NCBI GenBank assembly: GCA_018821305.1
Contig: JAHJMN010000021.1
Span: 17,451-81,450 of the forward strand
Direction: 5' to 3'
From: Myxococcota bacterium
GTDB lineage: Bacteria; Myxococcota_A; Polyangia; HGW-17
Length of the DNA: 64,000 bases
Program-made: the position numbers and the translations under genes
Shown: positions 55,784 through 64,000 of the stretch, piece after piece
Layout: every line of letters begins with the position of its first letter
Numbering within the stretch: the stretch's first letter is position 1
The notes under the pieces: generated by a model
What the model saw: only the letters and a program-made list of their open reading frames with translations
Database searches by the model: none
What the model was told of the DNA's origin: nothing

Positions 55784-56737
55784 ATGATTTCAATGAAAAA
55801 ACTATTCCTGACTCTGATCTTTTTAACGGTATTTACCGGTTGCGACGATGATAACTCTAACAATAGCAACAATACGAACAGCAACAATACTAATAACAGT
55901 AATAATTCCACAAATAACACCAATAATGTCAATCCTTGTGATGGAGTCAACTGTTCCGGTCATGGACAATGTGTCGTCAGCGGTTCTGCAGCCTCCTGTG
56001 ATTGTGATGAAGGCTGGGTTCCATCGGGATTAACCTGCGTTGAAGCTCAGGATCCGTGTACAGGCATAGATTGCTCAGGTCATGGGGATTGTTCATCAAC
56101 GAACGGCACAACACCTATCTGTACTTGTGACAACGGTTATGTAAATGCTGGCACCGGTGGTCTTGAATGCATCGAAGAATCCAATGACTGCACTGGCGTA
56201 ACCTGCTCAAATCATGGAACCTGCGTAATTCAGTCTGATGGTCCAGTTTGCGCCTGTGAAAATGGTTATACTCCATCCGCTTCTCATGGTCTTGATTGTG
56301 TTCCCGTGGATCAGGTTTGTATCGGAGGGGCTATCGACTATGATTTTGATAATGATGGCACCAATGATACATGGTTTGAACCGAACTCTGATGAGTGCCT
56401 GCAGTATGAAATTCTGAACAGAACCCGGGCAACCCATGATGACGAAGGAACCCCGGAGTGCCATAAACCCCTCATGTGGAATGTTTTGTGGGCTGCACAC
56501 GGCCGTAATCACTCAATCCGCATGGCAAATCAGGGAAGCCTGTTCCATGACGATTACCCATCAGGTCAGAACTGCGCATACGGCTGCGGTCCCGATTGCG
56601 AGATGAACATGTATATGACCGGAGAAGGCGAAGATCACTGCCCTCCCCTTTCTCATCACTGCAATATAATGCGCTGCAGTTTCACCCAGGTAGGAATCGG
56701 CTACAGCGGCACCTGGAACACCCAAAACTTCCTTTAA
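55784..56737 (+). CDS. Lipoprotein with an Asn-rich linker, four EGF-like Cys-rich modules and a C-terminal CAP/SCP/PR-1-like domain.
   Basis: The lipobox is VFTGC, followed by NSNNSNNTNSNN…. The EGF-like modules repeat C-x-G-x-x-C-S-x-H-G-x-C. The C-terminal CAP-like motifs are …HCNIMRCSFTQVGIGYSGTWNTQNF (HYTQVVW-like). Confidence 0.6.
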   Translation: MISMKKLFLTLIFLTVFTGCDDDNSNNSNNTNSNNTNNSNNSTNNTNNVNPCDGVNCSGHGQCVVSGSAASCDCDEGWVPSGLTCVEAQDPCTGIDCSGHGDCSSTNGTTPICTCDNGYVNAGTGGLECIEESNDCTGVTCSNHGTCVIQSDGPVCACENGYTPSASHGLDCVPVDQVCIGGAIDYDFDNDGTNDTWFEPNSDECLQYEILNRTRATHDDEGTPECHKPLMWNVLWAAHGRNHSIRMANQGSLFHDDYPSGQNCAYGCGPDCEMNMYMTGEGEDHCPPLSHHCNIMRCSFTQVGIGYSGTWNTQNFL

Positions 56738-56942
56738 CAAACCCACCCGGGTATTCCGAAATTCCTTGCCTTTCCGATTTCCAGTGTTTGAAAATCCTGT
56801 CATTTATAGAACTACGAAAAGTTTTTTAAAGCGTCGAGGGAAAAGAATGAAGCGACAAAAACATTCTGTGGGGCAGCGGAATAACAAAATGGGGATGTGA
56901 ATTATTTTTGTCATACCGAAAATTTGCAGCGGCGCCCGCGTT

Positions 56943-57412
56943 ATACCGCTTTCGAGGTAATACGATAGTAACTTAATTTAAAGAAAAGCTTCAGGAGAAA
57001 GACCCTGATTTTGCCTTGCATTCCGCTGCGCGAAATTGCTTGCCTGTTTCTGCTACTGAATTCCTGAATACCTGAAATTTTAAACAGAGACTCAGGTAGT
57101 CAGGCAAACAGGTTCAGGAACAGGGCGTAAATATTCAATATCAAATAATAATTAAAAGGAACATAATTTTTAATTCAATTTCCCAATTTCGTTCCTTTTA
57201 CTCCGCAAGCGGTCTAATACGATTGTTACTTAATTCAAAGAAAGCCTTCAGGAGAACGACCCTGATTTTGCCTTGCATTCCGCTGCGCGAAATTGCTTGC
57301 CTGTTACTGCTACTGATTTCCTGTTGCCTGATTTTTTTACAGGTAATCAGAAAGTCAGGAAATCAGGTTCAGGAACAGGGCGTAAATATTCAATATCAAA
57401 TAATAATTAAGT
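56943..57412 (+). repeat. Family-2 structured repeat as two tandem units (~56943-57215 and 57216-57412).
   Basis: Unit 1 ends CCGCAAGCGGTCT and abuts AATACGATTG of unit 2. It is >85% identical to 28646-28966. Confidence 0.75.
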
Positions 57413-57415
57413 GGT

Positions 57416-58588
57416 CTATTCGATTACAGAGTTTGAGACTTGAGGATCGCCGTTGGCCAGGACGAAAATTCCGGGGTATCCCTGAGTTTCAAAGCCATCG
57501 GAAGGATTGCGCTGGAGGGTACTGTTTTCGATGACAAGATGACCAGACCGGTCGTTGGAAACGAAGAAAATGGCACCGCCACCTTCGTTTGCGTGATTGT
57601 CGGTGATTCTTGTGCCGCAGATGCGAAGAGTAAAAGTGTTTCCGTCGTTATAAATGGCTCCACCGCTACCGCCCCCGGGAGTTCCGGACTGGGCAGGGTT
57701 TGCACCGTTTCCGATGGCGCGGTTGTGAGTGAAAAGGCTGTTGATTACGTAGTACGAAACACCAATTGAACTGAGGCCACCGCCGTTGGAGCAGTAATTG
57801 CCCAAATCCTCCCGACCACCGAATGTAGAATTTACAACGTAGACAGGTGCATCTTCAAATTGATCGAAAACCCGAATGGCAGCGCCACCGACATCGGGCC
57901 CTGTTTCGTCACACTGGTTTGTGAAAAACCGGCTGTTTATGACCTTAAACCGACCACCTCTGACAAAGATGGCTCCTCCGCCGTCGGGATCATGCTCCCC
58001 GGTGGAGTTACCGTTAATAAACGTAAGATTCTGCACCGTGAGCCGCGGATGATCCTGATCGTTGCAATGGGGCGTCGTCCAAACCTGATCCTGATCGCAG
58101 GTGTTCATGTAGAGGATTCGGCGAGCACCGTCGCCATTGAGAGTAACCATATTTCCGCCATCGATGACGATTTCCGGCCCGGTATTGTTGAATATCTTCG
58201 CCGTTTCGGTAAGGGTAATGATAACGGGCTCGGGTCCGCAGTTGAAGGTGATAATGCCACCGGCAGCGACGGCAGCGACAAATGCTTCTGATGTACAACT
58301 CTCCGCCGTTCCGTCACCCACAACTATCGTCGGATTAGATGTATCCTCGAGGGCGGCATCGTCGGGAATGGAACAGTTGCCATCAGGATTTCCCGTGGGG
58401 GGAAGCTCCGCCAGATGTTCATTGATTGCGCAGAATGTTCCGCCCCAGTAACCTCCAGCAGCTGTGCAATCTCCGTCAGTTACGCAGAGATTAAGGTAAT
58501 CAGCACTGCAAACGGCCTTTTTCCCGCCGCCGCCGGAGCTGCAGGCGGAAAAAATACCCACAATAGATAAAAATAAAAGCTTTTTCAT
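57416..58588 (-). CDS. Lipoprotein with a right-handed beta-helix carrying Pmp-type GGAI/FxxN repeats.
   Basis: The lipobox is IFSAC. Repeated GGGAIF/GGAAIR/GGSGGAIY/EGGGAIFF and FINGN/FFTNQ/FTHNR/ITDNH motifs are present. The region is GC-rich (~50+%). Confidence 0.6.
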   Translation of the reverse strand: MKKLLFLSIVGIFSACSSGGGGKKAVCSADYLNLCVTDGDCTAAGGYWGGTFCAINEHLAELPPTGNPDGNCSIPDDAALEDTSNPTIVVGDGTAESCTSEAFVAAVAAGGIITFNCGPEPVIITLTETAKIFNNTGPEIVIDGGNMVTLNGDGARRILYMNTCDQDQVWTTPHCNDQDHPRLTVQNLTFINGNSTGEHDPDGGGAIFVRGGRFKVINSRFFTNQCDETGPDVGGAAIRVFDQFEDAPVYVVNSTFGGREDLGNYCSNGGGLSSIGVSYYVINSLFTHNRAIGNGANPAQSGTPGGGSGGAIYNDGNTFTLRICGTRITDNHANEGGGAIFFVSNDRSGHLVIENSTLQRNPSDGFETQGYPGIFVLANGDPQVSNSVIE

Positions 58589-58627
58589 TTTCTCCTCCCT
58601 TTCAGAGAATCAGTCCGCCAAGAAAAC

Positions 58628-60232
58628 CTATTTTGTCTTAAATACTTCATCACGACAGGTATTTCCTGTGCACTTTATTTTAACAAGACCGATATCCGTT
58701 GCAAGGAAAACATTTGAGTTTTTTGTTATATGAATATCATTAATGTTTTCCGCATCCGTCAGGTACATCTCTGTCTTGCTTCTGTTTTTATCGAGAAAAT
58801 AAACAACGGGGCCCGATGTGGCAAACCACAATCGTCCTGTCCGTGGATCTTTCCCCACAACCCTGGTTTTCGGTGGTGCATGGGGTGCCTTTTTGAAAAT
58901 ATTCTGTTTTGCATCCAGCCGATAAAGATCCATCCATGTGGTTACAAAAATATCGTCTCCGGGGAGAATGAAAAAATTGAAAAATGAATATACTCTCGAA
59001 TCTCCAAGGCCTCGTCTGTTTGAAGAGCAACCAAAACACGTAGTATTGCCATTTGCTTCCTCTAAAGTCAGAGAGTTAAGAGAAAGCCGCCAGAGACCCA
59101 GGGCATTTTTAATAATCCGACGGATTTTGGAATCTTCCATTTCACGTATTTCTACAAAAAGATTTTTCTTTTCATAAAATTCCCATCTTCTCTTTGCGGC
59201 AAAGAGGAAGAATTTACCTGCGGTATCCTCATAAAAACCGCAATTGTCACCATAAGACCTTTTGTTATTAAGCTCGTTGAATGTACGGCATCTTTTGACC
59301 CCGCGCCAGACCACACAGTGTCTCTTGTTGGTGGCAATTTCCTTCATGGAAAGGGTTTTCCACTTTCCGTTATAGACTTCCACCCGACCAAGGCGATAAA
59401 TATACAGGGCATTTTTCCGGACAAAACCGGAGCGGATGAGGTTTTTTGAAAATTTACGGGGTTTGCCGGAAGGAGGTCTGATGACCACGCCAGCTTCGGT
59501 AATCAGAGCAAGCTCACTACCGTAAGGAATGATTGCTTTTACATTGTTCCACTTTTTATAAGGATCATATTTTTTAAATTCTGGACAGTACTTGCGATAC
59601 AGGTGGATATACCTCATCATTTCTATGACGGCGGCATTTTTCATGTTTCTTTTGGATGAGGGAATGAGAATCATAAGTTTCTGTACCGGCCTGTAGACAC
59701 CGCAAAAGTCGCGACTCATTACCTTCTGCCCTTCAATGAGAGCAGCTATAAGACCCACGGCAAAATCGTTCGGTGCTTTCTTTACTGCTTCTTTTGCAAC
59801 TGCATCGGGGGTCATCCCTGAAATTCCAACGGCCTTTGGATTGATTGCACTTAATTTCTGATAATCCATCACAGCGCTCATCCAGGCATAAATCGCAAGA
59901 TCCTCAGCGGAAAGTATATCCACGGTTAATCCTTTTATTTCCACAGGAAACTTGATGATCAAAGCTGCGATAAGAGCCCGTGTATTTCTTTTCCCATGCC
60001 GATTATTCCAGCCGAGCTTTGTAATAAAGGCTATCTTCTTTTCCAGTGGAATACGTGAAAACAAAAGCCACTTAGCTTGCTGAGAGTTAATGAGAGTCCG
60101 ATTTCCCACTACAACAATTTCCGGATCATTGTAATGACGGTGAAATTCGATGGATGTGAGGGGAGAATCAGCTCTGGCGGGAGTTGAGAATATAATGATG
60201 GTGGAAACGACAAAACAAAATGCAAACTTCAT
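58628..60232 (-). CDS. Hypothetical secreted basic protein, 534 aa.
   Basis: A signal peptide is present (MKFAFCFVVSTIIIFSTPARA). No recognisable domain is present. Confidence 0.5.
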   Translation of the reverse strand: MKFAFCFVVSTIIIFSTPARADSPLTSIEFHRHYNDPEIVVVGNRTLINSQQAKWLLFSRIPLEKKIAFITKLGWNNRHGKRNTRALIAALIIKFPVEIKGLTVDILSAEDLAIYAWMSAVMDYQKLSAINPKAVGISGMTPDAVAKEAVKKAPNDFAVGLIAALIEGQKVMSRDFCGVYRPVQKLMILIPSSKRNMKNAAVIEMMRYIHLYRKYCPEFKKYDPYKKWNNVKAIIPYGSELALITEAGVVIRPPSGKPRKFSKNLIRSGFVRKNALYIYRLGRVEVYNGKWKTLSMKEIATNKRHCVVWRGVKRCRTFNELNNKRSYGDNCGFYEDTAGKFFLFAAKRRWEFYEKKNLFVEIREMEDSKIRRIIKNALGLWRLSLNSLTLEEANGNTTCFGCSSNRRGLGDSRVYSFFNFFILPGDDIFVTTWMDLYRLDAKQNIFKKAPHAPPKTRVVGKDPRTGRLWFATSGPVVYFLDKNRSKTEMYLTDAENINDIHITKNSNVFLATDIGLVKIKCTGNTCRDEVFKTK

Positions 60233-60487
60233 TGATACAACCCTTTAAAAATGTGACTGCTGGTCATTTTTTATCTTATTTCATTAATCTCCTGAAATAC
60301 AGTTTTTTCGATTTTCCCACAGCTTTTTGCTTAACTTTCGTTGATCAGAATTATGGTGGTATTTGAAATGCTTTCTTCGCGATGCGCAATAAATGTGTGA
60401 ATTTTTTTTCACTCCCATTTTTTTTTCTTTCTGATAGTTACTATAATCCGACAGTGCATAAAGCACAATTAACTCAAGGAGGAACTT

Positions 60488-60997
60488 ATGTTTAAAAAAA
60501 TCTTTATTACTTGCGCAATAGCAGTACCTTTCTTCTTAGTAGGTTGCGACGATGATTCAACTAGAAATAGTTGCCAGAAACTGGGGGACAAAGCTGATTC
60601 ATGTGGATTACTTTCAGAAGGAATATACGACTGCAGTGATTTCGTAGAAAATGCTCAGACAAAATGTGAAATGAACTGTCTGAGTTCATTGACTTGCACT
60701 GAAATTGAAAACGCATTCTGTGATTGGAATTTTACTCAAGACTTTCAAAATTGCGTAGCCTCATGTCCGGAGGTTACCTGGGAATGTACAGATGGAGAAG
60801 AAGTAGGTTACGATGACCGATGTGATGGTTATGTAGACTGTGAAGATGGCTCTGACGAAGTTGGCTGTCCAGTGTTTTCTTGCGATAGCGGAGAAACAAT
60901 TGATGCAAATTTCGAATGTGATGGCGAAGATGATTGCTCTGATGGATCCGACGAAGTTGGCTGTCCAGATGTTGCTCAACTAATTTGCTCAGAATAA
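60488..60997 (+). CDS. Small Cys-rich lipoprotein with two LDL-receptor class A-like modules.
   Basis: The lipobox is FLVGC. CDGYVDCEDGSDEVGC and CDGEDDCSDGSDEVGC match the LDLa C-x-D-x-x-D-C-x-D-G-S-D-E signature. A strong AAGGAGG RBS is present. Confidence 0.6.
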   Translation: MFKKIFITCAIAVPFFLVGCDDDSTRNSCQKLGDKADSCGLLSEGIYDCSDFVENAQTKCEMNCLSSLTCTEIENAFCDWNFTQDFQNCVASCPEVTWECTDGEEVGYDDRCDGYVDCEDGSDEVGCPVFSCDSGETIDANFECDGEDDCSDGSDEVGCPDVAQLICSE

Positions 60998-61192
60998 TAG
61001 CAATTGCCCTATCCTGATCTTCTCCGTTTTTATAATTCACTTCTCTCGTTATTTTTTCTCCTTTAAAATTATTCATTGCTTTTCCAAAGGGAGTAAAAGT
61101 GACTCTCTGGCATTACGCAATAATAAATCCGGTGTGTTTTTTTTCCGCTGTGGTAAAAGGGCTCCGGCGTCCTGCCATGCACTGGATACTTC

Positions 61193-62407
61193 ATGTTTCA
61201 ACTTACGTCTTCAGAAAAAAAACTGTTTCTTTTCAACCTTCTGATTTTCTTTCTAAACGGCCTGGCTTTCGGTGTTTTCATGAACTCCGATGTTATTGCG
61301 CGCCGGGTTTTAGGAGCATCGACTTTTACCGTCACGTTCATGCTTTTTCTCACTAACGGCGTTTTAATCACTTCCCTGCCCATGGTAAGTCTTATGGGGC
61401 GTGGACGCCGTCGTTTAAAATTTCTTATTCGGGCTGCGATGGTCTGCTCTATCCCTGTCATGATGCTTTATTTTCATGAAAGCATTGCTTTTTTCGTGTT
61501 TGCAGTTTTTCTCGTATACATTCTTAATACAATTCTGCCTCCGGCTTTGAACCTGCTTTTCAAGCGCAATTATCGACGGGAAGTTACGGGAAAACTTTAC
61601 GGTGTAGCCACTTCACTTAGAATGATTGCTACCATGACCGGGGCCTTGATTACAGGCAAACTCCTCGATATATCCGAGGCTTACCATATTCCGCTTTTTG
61701 CCGCTGCTGGGTTCATGACCATGGGAAGCGTAATTATTACGGCTTTTCTGAATTACGGGGAAACTGAGGAGGAGAAGGCCGACAACTCCCATGTTTCCAT
61801 CAGACAGTCGTTAAAAAACATGAACCGTATCATAGCTGAGGATCGTGTATTTTACCGTTTTGAGCGTAACTACATTATATATGGCCTTGCATTTCTGCTC
61901 TTACTTCCAGTCATCCCAGTTTATTTCGTTGATGCCCTCAAACTTGATTACACAACAATTTCGACATCCCGTCAGGTGGTTGGTCTTGCGGGACTCATGC
62001 TTCTTTCCCCCATTGCTGGATACATTTTCGACCGTTACAACACATTTCATTTTACAGGATTAATGTTTCTGATTCTCACCATGTACCCGCTTTTCCTGGG
62101 TATTTCGGGATTTGTCCCCGGGGATTTAAAAGTTTATATGGTTTATGCCGGCTATGCCATTTATTCCATAGCCATGACGGGAATCCAAATTTCCTGGAAT
62201 ATCGGAACCATAAGGCTTGCCACACTAGCTGACTCGGATATTTATCAAGGGATTCATATTACACTGACGGGTTTGCGAAGTCTTTTTGGTCCCCTGCTGG
62301 GGTTTTTACTCATGAAGTTTTTCGGGTATCAGGCGGCATTTGCTACGGCCTTCGGTTTGTTTTTAACGGCGGGCATTCTGATGCTCCGGGAAAAAGAAGG
62401 TTCGTGA
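61193..62407 (+). CDS. MFS-type transporter.
   Basis: Approximately 12 predicted TM helices are present, with MFS loop motifs (…GRGRRRLKF…). Confidence 0.7.
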   Translation: MFQLTSSEKKLFLFNLLIFFLNGLAFGVFMNSDVIARRVLGASTFTVTFMLFLTNGVLITSLPMVSLMGRGRRRLKFLIRAAMVCSIPVMMLYFHESIAFFVFAVFLVYILNTILPPALNLLFKRNYRREVTGKLYGVATSLRMIATMTGALITGKLLDISEAYHIPLFAAAGFMTMGSVIITAFLNYGETEEEKADNSHVSIRQSLKNMNRIIAEDRVFYRFERNYIIYGLAFLLLLPVIPVYFVDALKLDYTTISTSRQVVGLAGLMLLSPIAGYIFDRYNTFHFTGLMFLILTMYPLFLGISGFVPGDLKVYMVYAGYAIYSIAMTGIQISWNIGTIRLATLADSDIYQGIHITLTGLRSLFGPLLGFLLMKFFGYQAAFATAFGLFLTAGILMLREKEGS

Positions 62408-62459
62408 AACGTTTTTTCAGTTGCCAGATGACGGTTTTCGAGTATTATCTTTTTTCGCT

Positions 62460-62532
62460 GCGGGATTAACTCAGTTGGTAGAGTGTCAGCTTCCCAAGCT
62501 GGATGTCGCGGGTTCGAATCCCGTATCCCGCT
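62460..62532 (+). tRNA. tRNA-Gly (anticodon CCC).
   Basis: The 73-nt sequence GCGGGAT/ATCCCGC folds as a cloverleaf: acceptor stem, D arm ACTC…GAGT, anticodon loop TTCCCAA, and T arm GCGGGTTCGAATCCCGT. No CCA is encoded. Confidence 0.85.
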
Positions 62533-62604
62533 CTAAAAATATACAAAGTATAACTTCTTTTGCGAAGCAAATATGCAGAGCCTGCTCCCCTGTTTCCAGT
62601 TGGA

Positions 62605-63420
62605 TTATTTCTTGTCCCCGTAGATTTCCGAGGTTTTGCGGAAGGATGCCAGAATTCCCTGAATCATCGCACTGGAAAAACCCTGATGTTCCATAACGTT
62701 GAGCCCTGTAATAGTACTTCCCCGGGGAGTGGTAACCTTATCAATTTCCGTTTCCGGGTGGTTGTCACTGGATGTGAGTAAAGCGGCAGCTCCTTTTGCC
62801 ACCTGCGCTGCAATGGGAATAGCCTGCTCCGGATGAAACCCGATTTCGATACCACCCTGAGAAGCCGCCCGGATGGCCCGCAGGAAAAAGGCTGTCCCAC
62901 AAGCACAGAGCACTGTTGCAGGAACCATCATGGGCTCCGGAAGAATTATGGTTTCTCCGATGAACCCGAAAAGCTCCAGGGCATCATCCACTGCTACGGT
63001 CGGGGCATGATCGTGAGCAATACAGGTCATACTCTCACATATAGCACTTGCGGTATTGGGCATGATGCGTACAACAGGAACATCGCAGGCAAGTCTTTCA
63101 CAAATAGTGGCGCAACTGACACCGGAAACAACGGAAAATATCGTATGTTTCTCAGGCTTTATGTGCTCTCTGATTTGCTCAAGAAAATCGTTCATCTGCT
63201 GGGGTGTAACAGCAATAATAATGATATCAGCCCACGAAACTCCGCTGGCGTTATCGTTTGATACGAAAAACCCCATCTTAGTAAGCCTGTTTATAGTGTT
63301 TTCACTTCTGGCGGTAAGTTTGAGATTCTCTTCTTTGATCATACCGCTTTTGCGAAAGCCTTTTGCCATGGCGGTTCCAATGTTTCCACAACCTGCAATT
63401 AATATCTTTTTTCCGTTCAT
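62605..63420 (-). CDS. proC: Pyrroline-5-carboxylate reductase ProC.
   Basis: MNGKKILIAGCGNIGTAMAKG… carries a Rossmann GxGxxG motif. The C-terminus …VTTPRGSTITGLNVMEHQGF… matches the P5CR dimerisation domain. Confidence 0.85.
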   Translation of the reverse strand: MNGKKILIAGCGNIGTAMAKGFRKSGMIKEENLKLTARSENTINRLTKMGFFVSNDNASGVSWADIIIIAVTPQQMNDFLEQIREHIKPEKHTIFSVVSGVSCATICERLACDVPVVRIMPNTASAICESMTCIAHDHAPTVAVDDALELFGFIGETIILPEPMMVPATVLCACGTAFFLRAIRAASQGGIEIGFHPEQAIPIAAQVAKGAAALLTSSDNHPETEIDKVTTPRGSTITGLNVMEHQGFSSAMIQGILASFRKTSEIYGDKK

Positions 63421-63596
63421 TTGGTCCTCACTTTTGCGCGCCCTTGTACCACAAAAATCAACGGGGAGAAAGAAGGAAGCGAAAAAAGCATCTGTAACCA
63501 TTTTTTCATTTTATACTCATTCTTAATTCAAAAATCCCCGGTATCTAGTGTCTCCGAAAGGGGAAGAAAACCTTCCCCGAATAAAGGAGGATTATA

Positions 63597-63851
63597 ATGG
63601 CAATTCATGTATCCAGTTTACCATCAGACAGCAAGCTTCAGTCTCTGGCGGATGCCTCGGGATGGATTCCGGAAAAGGGCGAACTGCCGCACTATTTTCA
63701 GTACAGAAATATGGAATGGGAACGGTATTCCGAAGAACGGGAAAAACTTCTGAGCTGGTTCACATACGTTTCTCTGTGCGAAATTTCCGTAAGTTATGCA
63801 AAAAAAGACCGCCAGCTGTTAACTGAAAGCGTTCAAGCCCACGTTGTTTAA
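63597..63851 (+). CDS. Small hypothetical protein (84 aa).
   Basis: A strong AAGGAGG RBS lies 7 nt upstream. No homology is recognisable. Confidence 0.3.
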   Translation: MAIHVSSLPSDSKLQSLADASGWIPEKGELPHYFQYRNMEWERYSEEREKLLSWFTYVSLCEISVSYAKKDRQLLTESVQAHVV

Positions 63852-64000
63852 GGGACCCCCTCCCTTTCCAATCCGTTGAATTCCGATTTTACTGTTGAAA
63901 ATATTTTTTAGAGTTCTAAAGTGTCTTTTGTTTATACAGAAAGATCTTTGCCGTGTTTAAATCCATTCTTATTTCATTAGTATTTTCAGTAATTTCTTTT

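Noticed and set aside
63548-63826. A 92-aa ORF overlapping the 63597-63851 ORF in another frame.
   Set aside because: It lacks an RBS. The alternative frame starting at 63597 has a strong AAGGAGG RBS. Neither has homology support, so only the latter is listed, at low confidence.

Overview
This is a low-GC (~37-40%) chromosomal window, mostly core genes, from a Gram-negative flagellated bacterium. From 96 to 3039 on the minus strand sits the conserved rpmH-rnpA-yidD-yidC cluster, but yidD runs in frame into yidC with no stop codon. Divergent from it (3665-15496) is a Pil-Chp-like chemosensory cluster: a Roadblock/MglB-like protein, a giant acidic TPR protein, a REC-DUF4388 regulator, a CheY, a CheW, an MCP, and a multi-Hpt CheA-CheW-REC kinase that reads through in frame into an RdgB/Ham1 nucleoside-triphosphate pyrophosphatase. 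The middle of the window holds envelope and metabolic genes: many lipoproteins, a CpsB phosphatase, CorC, a polysaccharide deacetylase, a cytidylyltransferase plus CDP-alcohol phosphatidyltransferase pair, a propeller-AraC sensor, CpoB, sfsA, kbl and trmL. A truncated flagellar block on the minus strand runs fliG-fliH-fliI-fliJ-flbB-like-fliK(1269 aa, repetitive)-flgD-flgE. After it comes a GC-elevated island (54980-60997) encoding secreted proteins with eukaryote-like modules (EGF-like+CAP, Pmp/GGAI beta-helix, LDL-receptor class A). The window ends with an MFS transporter, tRNA-Gly(CCC) and proC. The most striking structure not explained by genes is two abundant families of structured intergenic repeats. 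Family 1 is a ~150-bp MITE-like element with terminal inverted repeats, nested hairpins and a compensatory stem mutation, with at least 8 copies. Family 2 is a ~250-bp element bounded by CCGCAAGCGG palindromes, at 5 loci including a tandem pair. These repeats bracket individual genes or cassettes (trmL, kbl, a 3-gene head-group/deacetylase cassette), and one copy sits inside the flagellar operon between fliG and fliH. No CRISPR array, prophage, rRNA or recognisable defense system was seen. The organism cannot be named from sequence alone; the domain content (DUF4388, MglB-like, TPR, Pil-Chp-like) is reminiscent of Bdellovibrio-like or deltaproteobacterial-type lineages.
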